From Gammaproteobacteria bacterium (GTDB taxonomy: Bacteria; Pseudomonadota; Gammaproteobacteria; UBA4575): a stretch of 64,000 nt of DNA. Below are positions 50,046-61,049 of this stretch, piece after piece (positions within the stretch are counted from its first letter, which is position 1; the number at the start of each line of letters is the position of its first letter). Where the stretch lies: positions 156,929 to 220,928 of the forward strand of contig CBDCTA010000002.1 of NCBI GenBank assembly GCA_965221955.1, read 5' to 3'. Below the pieces are notes generated by a model. The model did no database searches. It saw only the letters and a list, made by a program, of their open reading frames with translations, and was not told where the DNA came from. The position numbers and the translations under genes are program-made.

Positions 50046-50582
50046 ATGAAATCTATATTATATGCAATTTTTTGCTTTACATTATTATTCACGTTGCAAG
50101 CCTGCGACAAAATTCCTGGTCTTCAGAGTGAAATGAAAGATGACGATGCGAAAGCAAAACAAGCACTGATAGGTGTGTGGCGAGGAGAAGGCGGTTATGA
50201 AGGCGAAGAAGATGCGGGTTGGAGCGAAAGCTGGAAAATAGAACGCGATGCGAATGGAAAATATTCTGTAGATTATTTAATTTTAAATGATGATGAAAAA
50301 CTTTATGAATTATCGTCTGACTCTGGATCTTGGTCTTATGAGAACGGTGTTTATTACGAAGTAAATGGCAATGGCGATAAGGTCACATACGATGTGTTCT
50401 CAGTTAAAGATGATTGGTTTGAATATAATATTGCTGAACGACAAGGCGATGCTAATATTCAAGAAACTAAAACCGTAGATACTTATCAATTGCAAGAGCC
50501 ACCAAAAGGTTATTCGCTCGTAACCTATGAACAACCTGTAGAAGAGTCTAATGAAGAGTCAATGAGCCAGAGCGTGGAGTAG
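50046..50582 (+). CDS. Hypothetical lipoprotein
   Basis: Lipobox LQAC; ALIGVW beta-barrel-like motif; acidic. Confidence 0.75.
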   Translation: MKSILYAIFCFTLLFTLQACDKIPGLQSEMKDDDAKAKQALIGVWRGEGGYEGEEDAGWSESWKIERDANGKYSVDYLILNDDEKLYELSSDSGSWSYENGVYYEVNGNGDKVTYDVFSVKDDWFEYNIAERQGDANIQETKTVDTYQLQEPPKGYSLVTYEQPVEESNEESMSQSVE

Positions 50583-50627
50583 TAAGTCAACAAACGTTTA
50601 AGTATAACTCGCTTTTCTTTTATCGAT

Positions 50628-51125
50628 ATGCTCAGTTACCGCTCACTCGCTTTTGTTGGTTTAGTTATCTGCATTGCCTCTATGTTGTTTGCAGTCCTTT
50701 ACTTAGAAAACACTTTATTTCTAGACCCATGTCCTCTTTGTATTTTAGATCGTGTGGTGATTATTGCTTTAGGTGTAGTTTTCTTAATTGCGTTTCTGCA
50801 TGGACCAAATACAATTTTTACCAAAGTGTATGGAATAATTTGTATATTACTCAGTTCTGTTGGAATAGCGCTCGCTTCAAGACATATATGGTTACAAAAT
50901 CTGCCCAAGGATCAAGTACCAGAATGTGGTCCAGATCTTTATTACATGCTTGATACCTTGCCGCTATTCGATGCGCTGAAGAAGACGCTTACGGGTTCTG
51001 GATCCTGTGCAGACATAAGTTGGACATTTGCAAACTTAACCATTCCAGAGCAGACGCTAATTTTATTTGTGTTTTTGCTGATTTTGTCTGTAATTCAGAC
51101 ATTGCGCCCACGAAAGTCGGTTTAA
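50628..51125 (+). CDS. dsbB: Disulfide bond formation protein B
   Basis: PCPLCILDR, RHIWLQ..P....P.CG and GSGSCA motifs. Confidence 0.93.
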   Translation: MLSYRSLAFVGLVICIASMLFAVLYLENTLFLDPCPLCILDRVVIIALGVVFLIAFLHGPNTIFTKVYGIICILLSSVGIALASRHIWLQNLPKDQVPECGPDLYYMLDTLPLFDALKKTLTGSGSCADISWTFANLTIPEQTLILFVFLLILSVIQTLRPRKSV

Positions 51126-51208
51126 ATTAGAGCTTCAAAATATAGTTACTGCTAGAATTCGTTTTTTTTAGCTACATTGTTAATTTATAAAGCACCTAAA
51201 GGCTAAGT

Positions 51209-52363
51209 GTGAGTTCAACGGCGAAAGAAATTCATCCGATCCCAAATCGTGTGCCGCCTGCAACACGTTTGGTTGAATTGCATGGTGACTATGGCACAAC
51301 CGATTTTATTATGCGCAGAGGGGGGCATTTGCCTGAAGTGCAAGTGGCTTATGAGGCTTGGGGTAAGCTCTCTGAAACGCATGATAATGCTGTACTCGTA
51401 TTTACTGGTTTGTCACCGTCCGCACACGCGTGTTCTTCCGAAGAAGATCCAACGACCGGATGGTGGGAGTATATGATTGGCCCAGGTAAGCCCATTGATA
51501 CGAATCGTTTTTTTGTCGTTTGTGTGAATTCTTTGGGTAGCTGCTTTGGTTCTACCAGTCCTAATTCCATTAACCCCAAAACGGGCAAGCAATATTGTTC
51601 AGATTTCCCTGAATTAACCATCGAAGACATCGCTAAAGCGGGTCATCATGCAATGCAAGAATTAGGCGTTGATCATTTGCGTGCTGTAGTTGGCGCATCA
51701 ATGGGCGGTATGTCATCACTTGCATATGCGCTGCAGTTTCCAGATGAATTGGATTATCTAGTTACGATCTCAGGGGCATGTAGGTCGTTACCTTTAGCCA
51801 TTGCGATGCGTTCGTTACAACGTGAAATTGTAACTTGTGATCCAGATTGGAAGAGTGGTTGTTATGAGCCGGATGAAGAACCTAAACGAGGCATGGTGTT
51901 AGCGCGAAAGCTTGGTTTAGTTTCGTATCGTGCCGCGGAAGAGTGGAATGAACGTTTCAATCGTGCACGTGTAGATCCTAGCAGGCGTAGTAAAGAAAAG
52001 TTTGGTATTGAGTTTGAAGTCGAATCTTATCTCGATTACAACGCACACAAATTTGTCGAAACATTTGACGCCAACAGTTATCTATATTTGTCGCGTGCGA
52101 TGGATTTATTTGACGTTGCAGAGCATGGTGGCTCAGTGAATGCGGGTTTAGCAAAAATTCATGCTAAGAAAACGCTGGTGGTAGGTGTAGATACCGATAT
52201 TTTATTTCCCATCCAGCAGCAAGAAGAAATTTACAATGGAATTAAAAATGCAGGACGTAATGTGCAGTTTGAACGCATCGCATCCAATAAAGGACACGAT
52301 GCGTTTTTAGTCGATGATGAGCTGTTTAGCCCAGTATTAGAAAGTTTTTTTGCTGAGATTTAG
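51209..52363 (+). CDS. MetX-family O-acyltransferase, likely serine O-succinyl/acetyltransferase
   Basis: GWWE..IGPG, GASMGG and GHDAFL motifs; TGLSPSAH in place of HALT/SG. Confidence 0.85.
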   Translation: MSSTAKEIHPIPNRVPPATRLVELHGDYGTTDFIMRRGGHLPEVQVAYEAWGKLSETHDNAVLVFTGLSPSAHACSSEEDPTTGWWEYMIGPGKPIDTNRFFVVCVNSLGSCFGSTSPNSINPKTGKQYCSDFPELTIEDIAKAGHHAMQELGVDHLRAVVGASMGGMSSLAYALQFPDELDYLVTISGACRSLPLAIAMRSLQREIVTCDPDWKSGCYEPDEEPKRGMVLARKLGLVSYRAAEEWNERFNRARVDPSRRSKEKFGIEFEVESYLDYNAHKFVETFDANSYLYLSRAMDLFDVAEHGGSVNAGLAKIHAKKTLVVGVDTDILFPIQQQEEIYNGIKNAGRNVQFERIASNKGHDAFLVDDELFSPVLESFFAEI

Positions 52364-53669
52364 TTATCGATTCTTTGATGTCGACGTAATTTCTCTCGTC
52401 TGATCCAGTATACAATTGACGCGGACGACCGATTTTCGCAGCTGGATCACTCATATGTTCTTTCCAATGTGAAATCCATCCTACGGTTCTTGCTAGAGCG
52501 AATATCACAGTGAACATTTCCATTGGAATACCCATCGCACGTAAAATAATTCCAGAATAGAAATCTACATTTGGATAAAGTTTACGTTCAACGAAGTAAT
52601 CGTCTTCCAAAGCAATTCTTTCAAGTTCCATTGCAGTGTCAAATAAAGGTTTGTTTGGATTGTCATCACCTAATTCTGCAAGTAACTCGTGACACACTTC
52701 GCGAATAATTTTTGCACGTGGATCATAGTTTTTATAAACACGATGACCAAATCCCATTAATCGGAAAGGTGAGTCTTTATCCTTTGCTCGATCAATGTAG
52801 TAAGCTACATCGTTGTCAGATTCAACAATATCTTCAAGCATACGGATAACCGCTTCATTCGCACCACCATGTGCAGGACCCCAAAGCGAACTAATACCTG
52901 CTGATAATGCAGCATAAGGGTTAGCACCTGAACTACCTGCTAGTCGCACGGTAGAAGTTGAAGCGTTTTGTTCGTGATCGGCATGCAAAATTAAAATCAC
53001 ATCCATTGCTTTTACAAATACGGGGCTAGGTTTGTAATCCATTGTTGGTAGACCAAACATCATGTGCAAAAAGTTCGACACATAATCTAAGTCATTATCT
53101 GGATACATAAATGGCTGACCAATAGAATATTTGTGCACCCAAGCCGCCATGGTTGGCATTTTCGCAATTAAGCGATTGGCAGCAATTTCACGTGATTCTG
53201 CATCATGAACATCGATATGGTCGTGATAGAACGCTGATAGTGCACCTACGGTCGCGACCATCATTGCCATAGGATGGGCATCATTGTGAAAGCCGAGATA
53301 AAAACGACGCATTTTTTCATCAAGTAGCGTATGCATGCGTAGTCTAGATTCAAAGGCATTGAATTCAGTTTCAGTAGGTAATTCACCATAAAGAAGTAGA
53401 TAACAGACTTCTAGGAAGGTACTTTTTTCAGCAAGTTGCTCGATAGGGTATCCACGGTAGCGAAGTAGTCCGATATCGCCATCGATAAAGGTGATTGTGC
53501 TGTTACAGCTACCGGTTGAAACAAAGCCAGGATCAAAAGTGAAATAACCGAGTTCTTTATACAAATTACCAATATCAATTACACTTGGCCCATTGGTGCC
53601 ATCATGAATCGGTAAATCGACTTTTTTCCCTGTCGTATTGTCGGTTACTGTGACGGTACGATCTGCCAT
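52326..53669 (-). CDS. gltA: Citrate synthase (type II)
   Basis: [32 protein letters not shown] and YPNVDFYSG motifs. Confidence 0.98.
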   Translation of the reverse strand: MADRTVTVTDNTTGKKVDLPIHDGTNGPSVIDIGNLYKELGYFTFDPGFVSTGSCNSTITFIDGDIGLLRYRGYPIEQLAEKSTFLEVCYLLLYGELPTETEFNAFESRLRMHTLLDEKMRRFYLGFHNDAHPMAMMVATVGALSAFYHDHIDVHDAESREIAANRLIAKMPTMAAWVHKYSIGQPFMYPDNDLDYVSNFLHMMFGLPTMDYKPSPVFVKAMDVILILHADHEQNASTSTVRLAGSSGANPYAALSAGISSLWGPAHGGANEAVIRMLEDIVESDNDVAYYIDRAKDKDSPFRLMGFGHRVYKNYDPRAKIIREVCHELLAELGDDNPNKPLFDTAMELERIALEDDYFVERKLYPNVDFYSGIILRAMGIPMEMFTVIFALARTVGWISHWKEHMSDPAAKIGRPRQLYTGSDERNYVDIKESITKSQQKNFLILG

Positions 53670-53937
53670 GTTGCCTTCTCCTAAGTAGGTCTAATTCGTT
53701 TAATTACATCCAAAACTGGACGCTACCCAAAAAATTGGATAATTAATCAATCAGTATTTATAATATTTAAGATTAAAAAATACATGTAACTTATTGAAAT
53801 AAGATAAGTTACATTGCAATGCATTGTTATTATTCGCTGCACCAACGTGCCCAAATATAAGCAAATTATAGCATTTTTTGAACTGGCCAGTGGAGAGAGA
53901 TCCCTTGTTCTGGCCAAGAAGTAAGCAAATTGAGCGC

Positions 53938-54468
53938 TTATTTTTTGACTACAAATTGCTCTATATAATCCGCAATTATTTCAGGTTGATTAAGATCAAG
54001 CAGAGGCAGGTTCGTTTTAACCTTATCGGCTTGATCTGTGGCAATAGCAATCACATGCCCATCTTCGGAAGATATCAATGGTTTGCCTAAAGATGGGCGG
54101 TGAATTTCAATCTTGGGGATTGCAGCAGCTTTGAAGCCTTCGACAATGACAAAATCAATACTATTCACATTTAATCGCTGTAGTGCCTCTTCTAAGCTCA
54201 GTTCGGTCTGTTCATCTGCAAGATCATGAATCATGGCCCAACGCTTGTGCGAAGAGATTAAAATTTGTTGAGCACCTGCTTTTCTAATTTTGTAGCTGTC
54301 TTTCTCAGGATGATCAATATCAAATGTATGATGCGCATGCTTAATGACGGCAATTTTACGCGCATGGTTACAGAAAATAGGGATGAGCTTTTCGAGTAAT
54401 GTGGTTTTTCCAGAACCACTGTACGCACAAAGACCAATTACTGGTTTGCTATAAGTAATTTGCTGCAT
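53938..54468 (-). CDS. mobB: Molybdopterin-guanine dinucleotide biosynthesis protein B
   Basis: YSGSGKTTL, IKHAHHTFDID..KDS and VEGFK motifs. Confidence 0.93.
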   Translation of the reverse strand: MQQITYSKPVIGLCAYSGSGKTTLLEKLIPIFCNHARKIAVIKHAHHTFDIDHPEKDSYKIRKAGAQQILISSHKRWAMIHDLADEQTELSLEEALQRLNVNSIDFVIVEGFKAAAIPKIEIHRPSLGKPLISSEDGHVIAIATDQADKVKTNLPLLDLNQPEIIADYIEQFVVKK

Positions 54469-54471
54469 TTT

Positions 54472-55074
54472 TTAATTAGAAAGTCTTTGTGAAATGGTAG
54501 CTTGGTCTTCAGGTGTATTGATATTGATAAAGCAGTCTTGTTTATCGCTGAAATCTACTTCTTTATAATGATGTTTTGCAAACCAATGGTCAATTTTGCG
54601 TTTACCGCTAGCGAGATAGTCCAATAAGCTGCTATGAAGCTTGCAGTCCATTAAAGCATATACGGGTTGCATGCGTGTGCCGTCATGAGCTACTGCAATT
54701 TCTATATTATTGTTTTTGAATGATGGCATTAATCGTGAGACTAAGTCATCGGCTACTAATGGACCATCGCAAGGGCAGGTGCATATATAGTTTGTTTTCG
54801 CAACGGCCATCGCAGCAGCAATGCCTGCAAGAGGGCCTTGGAAATCTTCTAATTGATCCGCAATAACCTTATAACCAAATTTTTGGTATTGATCGACATT
54901 GCGGTTTGCATTGATCAATATGTCTTTCACTTGTGGTTTAAGCGCATCGATAACATATTTGATCATCTCCTGGTTGTTTACTTTTACTAAACCTTTGTCG
55001 CAACCACCCATGCGCCTGGCTTTTCCGCCAGCAAGTATCACACCTGTTACATTATCATTATAAATAGTAGTCAT
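54472..55074 (-). CDS. mobA: Molybdenum cofactor guanylyltransferase
   Basis: ILAGG.ARRMGG.DKG, GPLAGI, PCD and NINTPED motifs. Confidence 0.95.
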   Translation of the reverse strand: MTTIYNDNVTGVILAGGKARRMGGCDKGLVKVNNQEMIKYVIDALKPQVKDILINANRNVDQYQKFGYKVIADQLEDFQGPLAGIAAAMAVAKTNYICTCPCDGPLVADDLVSRLMPSFKNNNIEIAVAHDGTRMQPVYALMDCKLHSSLLDYLASGKRKIDHWFAKHHYKEVDFSDKQDCFININTPEDQATISQRLSN

Positions 55075-55173
55075 TTGAATAATATGGAGAAAATATCGAC
55101 TGGATTGTTTTAATTATTGCGAGAAAATACAAATATAATATTGTAAATTGACTCGTTTAAGGACCTTATTATT

Positions 55174-55488
55174 ATGAATGAACAAATTAGTGACCAGCAA
55201 CGGATTGAAATAGAAGCAGCAGTATACAGAAGGTTAGTGGAGCATTTGCAGGCAAAAACCGAGGTGCAAAATATTGATTTAATGAATTTAGCGGATTTTT
55301 GTAGAAATTGTCTATCTAAATGGTATCTCGCGGCTGCTGAAGATAAAAATATTACTTTGGATTATGAACAAGCACGAGAGATTGTTTATGGCATGCCGTA
55401 TTCTGAATGGAAAGATAAATACCAAAAAGAAGCAACACCTGAACAGTTAAAAGCTTTTGAAGAAGCTGAAAAAAAGCGTAAAGGCTAG
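55174..55488 (+). CDS. DUF1244-like protein
   Basis: VQNIDLMNLA.FCRNCLSKWY and VYGMPY.EWK motifs. Confidence 0.88.
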   Translation: MNEQISDQQRIEIEAAVYRRLVEHLQAKTEVQNIDLMNLADFCRNCLSKWYLAAAEDKNITLDYEQAREIVYGMPYSEWKDKYQKEATPEQLKAFEEAEKKRKG

Positions 55489-55501
55489 GTTAAACAAAAA
55501 A

Positions 55502-56260
55502 ATGGATTTAAGCGACGACGAACTATTGCGCTATAGTCGTCAAATTATGCTTCCGCAAATTGATATTAGTGGTCAGCAACAATTACTTAAGTCAAAGGTA
55601 TTGTTATTTGGTGCTGGTGGCTTAGGATCACCAATTGCCATGTACTTGGCAGCCAGTGGTATTGGTGAGCTCACTATTGTTGATCCAGATACGGTAGATC
55701 TTTCTAATCTACAACGGCAAATACTTTATCGTACACAAAATATTGGCGAAGATAAGGTGAATTCAGCTGAGCAAACTTTAAATGAACTTAATTCACAAAC
55801 TCATATTCGCACAATTAAAGCTACTTTGAAAAACGAAAAGCTTAACGAAGAAATTCAGCGGACTGATGTAGTGGTAGATGCTACGGATAATTTTGAATCA
55901 CGTTTTGCTATCAATGCAGCATGTGTTAAGAACAAGACTGCCTTAGTCACGGGTGCCGCAATTCGCTTTGAAGGCCAAGTCATGGTCTTTGATATGCAAG
56001 ATGAAAGCGCTTGTTATCAATGTTTGTTTGCGAATCAAGCTTATGACTCAAATGAAATAGAAGAAAGTTGCTCTGAAACAGGAATTCTTGGTTCTGTTAC
56101 GGGTCTAATTGGTTCTATTCAAGCCACTGAAGTGGTTAAGTTGTTAACCAATATTGGGCAGACGCTTTCAAATAGATTGCTATTGATAGATGCATTAAAT
56201 ATGGAATGGCATAGCGTAAAAATAAGCAAAGATCCTAAATGTGCAACGTGTTCTTGTTAA
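55502..56260 (+). CDS. moeB: Molybdopterin-synthase adenylyltransferase (MoeB/ThiF family)
   Basis: RYSRQI, GAGGLG, SNLQRQ, CYQC and terminal CxxC. Confidence 0.9.
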   Translation: MDLSDDELLRYSRQIMLPQIDISGQQQLLKSKVLLFGAGGLGSPIAMYLAASGIGELTIVDPDTVDLSNLQRQILYRTQNIGEDKVNSAEQTLNELNSQTHIRTIKATLKNEKLNEEIQRTDVVVDATDNFESRFAINAACVKNKTALVTGAAIRFEGQVMVFDMQDESACYQCLFANQAYDSNEIEESCSETGILGSVTGLIGSIQATEVVKLLTNIGQTLSNRLLLIDALNMEWHSVKISKDPKCATCSC

Positions 56261-58313
56261 ATTCTATTTTTTAATTTTATTATTCTGTGCATATAGTGGC
56301 TACAGTTTCGCGAATGCACTTAATTTAACCACTTCAATAAACATTGAAACGATTGATGGCTACGGATTTGAATTACATAACATTGAGTTAAGTCTTGATT
56401 CTTTGTCAAGCAAAGAAGTTGCTTATCAAATTAAAATTGGTTCAGCAGTTCTGCCAGAAAATGCTGGAATAATTAAAGATATCCTCCTGCTATGCCATCA
56501 AGGCATTATTTCAAAATACGAGCTCGCGTGTGAAGAAGGTGAGTTGTCATTCAATGATCCTTTAGCAAAGGCTGAGCAAGCTAAATTCCAATTTCATAGA
56601 AAACTAAATGGAGATTTAGATTTGCATTTGAGTAAATTTAGTCTGGCGCAAGGAACAGCTGTATTAAATGCAGATATCAGAGAAGGTATCTGGAATGTAA
56701 GGCTTAAGAGTGCAGGGATTTCGTTAACAAGTTTGCGTGAGCGATTGCCTGCTTTTCCACAACTCTTTACAGCTGGAACGATTAAGAGTGATATTAATTT
56801 TTCAGGTGATCATGCTTCTTTGACTACAATTAATGGAAATGCATTATTTAGTGAGCTTGGTTTTTCAAATGATGAAAGTACAGTAGTGGGTGAGAAAGTT
56901 TCAACAAAAATGACTTTTGTAAGCAAGCGTGTAGCTAACACTTGGCAAACGCAGCTTGATGCAACTACTTTTAAAGGGGAACTATATTTTGACCCTGTTT
57001 TTATAGATGCAAATGAATCAGCCAAAGATCTATATGGAAATGTCAATTGGAAAATTGGATCTGAAAAAATTGAACTAGCAGATTTTCATTATCAAGATCC
57101 AAATTCGGTGCACGTCATAGTTAATACAATGTTTGATTATGAGCAAAAGATGATAATTGACTCTATACATACGAATATTCGCTATGCGGCATTTCCAAAT
57201 GTTTACGATACCTACCTACAACCTTTTTTGCTGGATACCAATGCAGCAGATTTAACTACTAAGGGGCGTTTAGCAGGAGAGGTGCAAATTAACGATTTTA
57301 AAATTACTCAGGCAGACTTGGATTTAGGCTATTTGTCAATTGTAGACAATCAAAATCGGTTTTCGATGCTCAATTTACATGGTGATATAGGTTGGGGAGA
57401 AAATTATGCTAACAAAAACTATACTTTTAAGTTTGATGTTGCGGACATCTATAAGTTAAGGCTGGAAGAAAGTGAATTTAAATTTATAAACCATAATCAA
57501 TCATTGATTCTTAAGCAGCCTGTAAAGGTGCCTTTGTTGGATGGTTCAATTAATATTGAGACCTTTCAGGTCAATCACCCTGGTAAACAGGATCAGTCTA
57601 TAGCAATGGATATCAGTCTTACGCCTGTTTCAATGTCAAAACTTTCGACCACATTAGGTTGGCCAGAAATGAATGGTAATCTTTCCGGTTACGCGCCTAA
57701 AGTGACTTATCAGAAAGGCGACATCGAAATTGATGGCGCATTGCTGGTGCGAGGTTTTGGAGGTACAACTACAATATTAAATTTAAGTGCTGAAGATTTG
57801 TTTAGTATCACACCTCAGTTATCAGCAAATATACAATTTAATAATTTAGATTTACGCTCATTAACAGAAACGTTTTCTTTCGGAGAAATAACTGGAAAGA
57901 TGAGTGGCAATATAAAAAATTTGAAATTTGTAAGTTGGTCTCCAGTACAGTTTGATGCATGGTTTGGAACGCCTGAAGATGATAATTCCAAGCATAGAAT
58001 CAGTCAGACTGCAGTGGATAATCTTACTCAAGTGGGAAATGGTGCATCGAATATTTTTTCAAAAAGTTTTCTAAAATTCTTTGATAGTTTTGGCTATGAT
58101 AAATTAGGCTTAGGTTGTAGACTAAAAAACAATATCTGCAAAATGTATGGTGTGGATAGAGTGGGTGAAGAGGGTGCGCAAGGGTTTTATATTGTCAAAG
58201 GTAGTGGTGTGCCGCGGATAGATATAGTTGGTTTTACGGATGAGGTCTCATGGTCTGTGCTGACAGCACGTTTAAAAAGAGTTGTAAGTACTAAAGATGT
58301 TATTGTTAATTAA
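56241..58313 (+). CDS. YdbH-like intermembrane (AsmA-like) protein
   Basis: N-terminal anchor, long beta-rich body, upstream of a YdbL-like gene. Confidence 0.65.
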   Translation: MQRVLVKFYFLILLFCAYSGYSFANALNLTTSINIETIDGYGFELHNIELSLDSLSSKEVAYQIKIGSAVLPENAGIIKDILLLCHQGIISKYELACEEGELSFNDPLAKAEQAKFQFHRKLNGDLDLHLSKFSLAQGTAVLNADIREGIWNVRLKSAGISLTSLRERLPAFPQLFTAGTIKSDINFSGDHASLTTINGNALFSELGFSNDESTVVGEKVSTKMTFVSKRVANTWQTQLDATTFKGELYFDPVFIDANESAKDLYGNVNWKIGSEKIELADFHYQDPNSVHVIVNTMFDYEQKMIIDSIHTNIRYAAFPNVYDTYLQPFLLDTNAADLTTKGRLAGEVQINDFKITQADLDLGYLSIVDNQNRFSMLNLHGDIGWGENYANKNYTFKFDVADIYKLRLEESEFKFINHNQSLILKQPVKVPLLDGSINIETFQVNHPGKQDQSIAMDISLTPVSMSKLSTTLGWPEMNGNLSGYAPKVTYQKGDIEIDGALLVRGFGGTTTILNLSAEDLFSITPQLSANIQFNNLDLRSLTETFSFGEITGKMSGNIKNLKFVSWSPVQFDAWFGTPEDDNSKHRISQTAVDNLTQVGNGASNIFSKSFLKFFDSFGYDKLGLGCRLKNNICKMYGVDRVGEEGAQGFYIVKGSGVPRIDIVGFTDEVSWSVLTARLKRVVSTKDVIVN

Positions 58314-58420
58314 TGAAAAATATCATGGAAATATACCGGAAAATATGCTCAGGCATACCAGGAACTTAATAATCATTGTCTATGTCAAATTTGTACATGG
58401 ACTCTATAGGGTGGAAAGCA

Positions 58421-59038
58421 ATGAAGCATAAGTCGATTATCAGTAGTTTTCTTTTTGGTTTAGCGTTGTCTGCGTGTGTAACCATAAACATTTATTTTCC
58501 TGCAGCGGCAGCTGAGGATGCTGCAAGAGTTATTGTGCGGGATGTTTTAAATGATGAAGAAGTGGAAGTTTCTGAAGAAAAAGAAACAACCTCCAATGAT
58601 CAAAGTAGCATGGAAACTATTGATAGTTTGCCTCACGCGTTTACAAGTATGGTATTGAACTTGCTTGTATCTCCCGCACACGCTGAAGCCAATATCAATA
58701 TCAACACTCCAGCAATTAGTGCATTGCGTGCGAGCTTGAAAAAGCGTGCAGCGTTACTCAAGTCATATTATGCGAGTGGGGCGGTGGGTTTGACCTCAAA
58801 TGCTAATGTGCAAATTCGCGATCAATCTTTAATTGCTCTTAAGGAACGTAACCAAGTTAAAAAATTAGTTGCAGATGAAAATAAGGAGCGTGCTGCTTTA
58901 TATGCAGAAATTGCACGAGCAAATGATCATCCAGAATGGGAAACTGATATTCGTGCTACCTTTGCACGCGTTTGGGTGGAAGAAGTTGCTACAGGTACTT
59001 GGTACCAGGATGCTTCAGGAAACTGGGTGCAAAAATAA
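58421..59038 (+). CDS. YdbL-family (DUF1318) lipoprotein with YnbE-like N-terminus
   Basis: LSACVTINIYFPAAAAE; EN.ER..LY.EIA..N and G.WYQ...G.W motifs. Confidence 0.82.
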   Translation: MKHKSIISSFLFGLALSACVTINIYFPAAAAEDAARVIVRDVLNDEEVEVSEEKETTSNDQSSMETIDSLPHAFTSMVLNLLVSPAHAEANININTPAISALRASLKKRAALLKSYYASGAVGLTSNANVQIRDQSLIALKERNQVKKLVADENKERAALYAEIARANDHPEWETDIRATFARVWVEEVATGTWYQDASGNWVQK

Positions 59039-59236
59039 GTATTTTAAGATTTAGCTACCTTTCGTCTTCTGGCCTATTGGTTTGCCTCATGAGCCAATAA
59101 GCTTATATCCGTCACTCAAATCTACCATCAATAGCTAGCAATCGTCGGACTATCGCTGAATGATTGCTTTCCTAGCTGAATCTAGGTATCTGCTACAATT
59201 CATTATTATGAATTCTAAGGCAGTGGTTATTCAATA

Positions 59237-60608
59237 ATGTGGTCACTTAAAGAAAAAATCAACGATAAGATTTGGGGTGTCAACATCAATTCGTTGCCAT
59301 GGTGGCAAGCGAGTCTGCTAAGTGTAGTGCGCTTTGTCTATGTCATGATTGTTGATTTCATAGACGGTCAATTCAATTTACGTGCCATGAGTTTGGTGTT
59401 TACAACTATGTTATCCATTGTACCGTTGATAGCAGTAAGTTTTTCTGTGATGAAAGCATTTGGTATGCATAATCAAATGGAGCCTATGCTTTTGCAATAT
59501 CTTGCTCCATTGGGTGCGCAAGGTGAAGAAATTGCTCAGCAAATTATGGGGTTTGTGAATAACATCAAAGTCGGGTGCATTAGGCGCTTTGGGATTATTG
59601 GTGTTGTTTTACGTAATAGCACGTTTGATTAAAAAAATTGAATTTTCGTTTAATTACACATGGAGAATACAGCAGACGGGTTCTTTGATTAGGCGTCTTG
59701 GAAATTATGTCGTCATCATGTTTGGGTTTGTATTTGTATTTGGTGCCTTAGCGGTAACAGGTACTGCAATGAACACAAGTGTCGCGCAAGCCATTCTTGC
59801 TAGTAGAGCCTTTTGGTACCTTATTAAGTTTTTCAACACGTTTAATTCCATATTTAATGATTATTGCAGCTTTTACGGTAGCTTATTTGTTTACTCCAAA
59901 TACCAAAGTTAGATTTGTGCCTGCTTTAGTTGGCGGCATTGTTGCAGGGTATTTTATGGCAAACTGTAGGCTGGGTATTTGCGACCTTTATTTCTGCATC
60001 AATGTCGACGAGCTATACTGCAATATATTCAAGTTTTGCTTTTTTGTTTGTATTTATGATCTGGTTGTGGTGGAGTTGGCTAATTTTACTTATTGGGTCC
60101 AGTGTTGCTTTTTATAAACAGCATCCCTGAGTATTTATACATTAACTCTCACGACCTTAATTTAACCAATAAGTCAAAAAGAAGAACTTGCTTTACAAAT
60201 AATGACTGGCAGTTGGTAAACGCTTTTATAATCATGAAATACCTATTGAAATTGATAATATAGTAAATGATTTAAAACTACCTAAACAATCTATTGAGCA
60301 ACAGTTAAATTTATTTGAAGAGCATGGTTATTATTAAGATACGGAATCAGATGACTCTAGCTTATGCACCTGCTCAGACCACTAGAAGAGCTAACATTGA
60401 AATCTGTGTTCGATACGGTTCGAGAGCCTGGACCAAATAGCCCATCTTAAGTCTATCATTGAATCAAAATAATTCAAGCATTCGAAATTTACTTGAAAGA
60501 AGTCGATGAGGTTTAGAACAGGTTTTAAGCACTAAAACGATTAAAGATATTGTTAAAGTGAAATTGAGTGATAGTGATGCAGTGATAGTCCTCTGTTATA
60601 AAAAATGA
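59237..60608 (+). pseudogene. YihY/BrkB-family membrane protein with C-terminal domain, multiply frameshifted (probably sequence error)
   Basis: RAMSLVFTTMLSIVP, IEFSFNYTW, PNTKV...AL.GG and IYSSFA...W....W.ILL.G spread over successive frames; end approximate. Confidence 0.75.
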
Positions 60609-60637
60609 GAAAAGCAGTGGAGCTAAAAGCCATATGA

Positions 60638-60997
60638 GTGAAGCTGGCTATAGAAGAATTAAAGCTAAAATTAAAAGAATTTGCTCAAGTGCGTGACTGG
60701 GAACAATTTCATAGCCCTAAAAATTTATCTATGGCTCTATCAGTTGAGGCTTCAGAACTATTAGAACATTTTCAATGGATGAGTGAAAAAGAGAGTTGTG
60801 AACTTACCCCGCAGAGGCATGCGGCTGTGGCGTTCGAAATGGCAGATATATTCATATTTTTGCTTCGTCTTTCAGATCAACTCAATATAGATCTTATGGA
60901 AATGACAAAGCGTAAAATGGAATTAAACGAAAAACGTTATCCAGTAGAGAAAGTAAAAGGAAGCTCTAAAAAATATAATGAGTATGATGATGCATAA
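60638..60997 (+). CDS. MazG-like nucleotide pyrophosphohydrolase
   Basis: RDWEQFHSPKNL.MAL..EASELLE.FQW, EMAD and NEKRYP motifs. Confidence 0.9.
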   Translation: MKLAIEELKLKLKEFAQVRDWEQFHSPKNLSMALSVEASELLEHFQWMSEKESCELTPQRHAAVAFEMADIFIFLLRLSDQLNIDLMEMTKRKMELNEKRYPVEKVKGSSKKYNEYDDA

Positions 60998-61049
60998 AGT
61001 CATATGATTATTTGATTGTGCTCCAACATTTCTATAATTAATTTAAACC

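Noticed and set aside
52326-52363. 38-nt convergent overlap of gltA and the MetX-like gene
   Set aside because: Short convergent overlaps are common in compact genomes, and nothing here suggests a function.
59041-59110. c-di-GMP-I riboswitch on the minus strand (GGCAAACC...GACGAAAG)
   Set aside because: It lacks the paired P2 stem with a GNRA loop and has no downstream gene on that strand.
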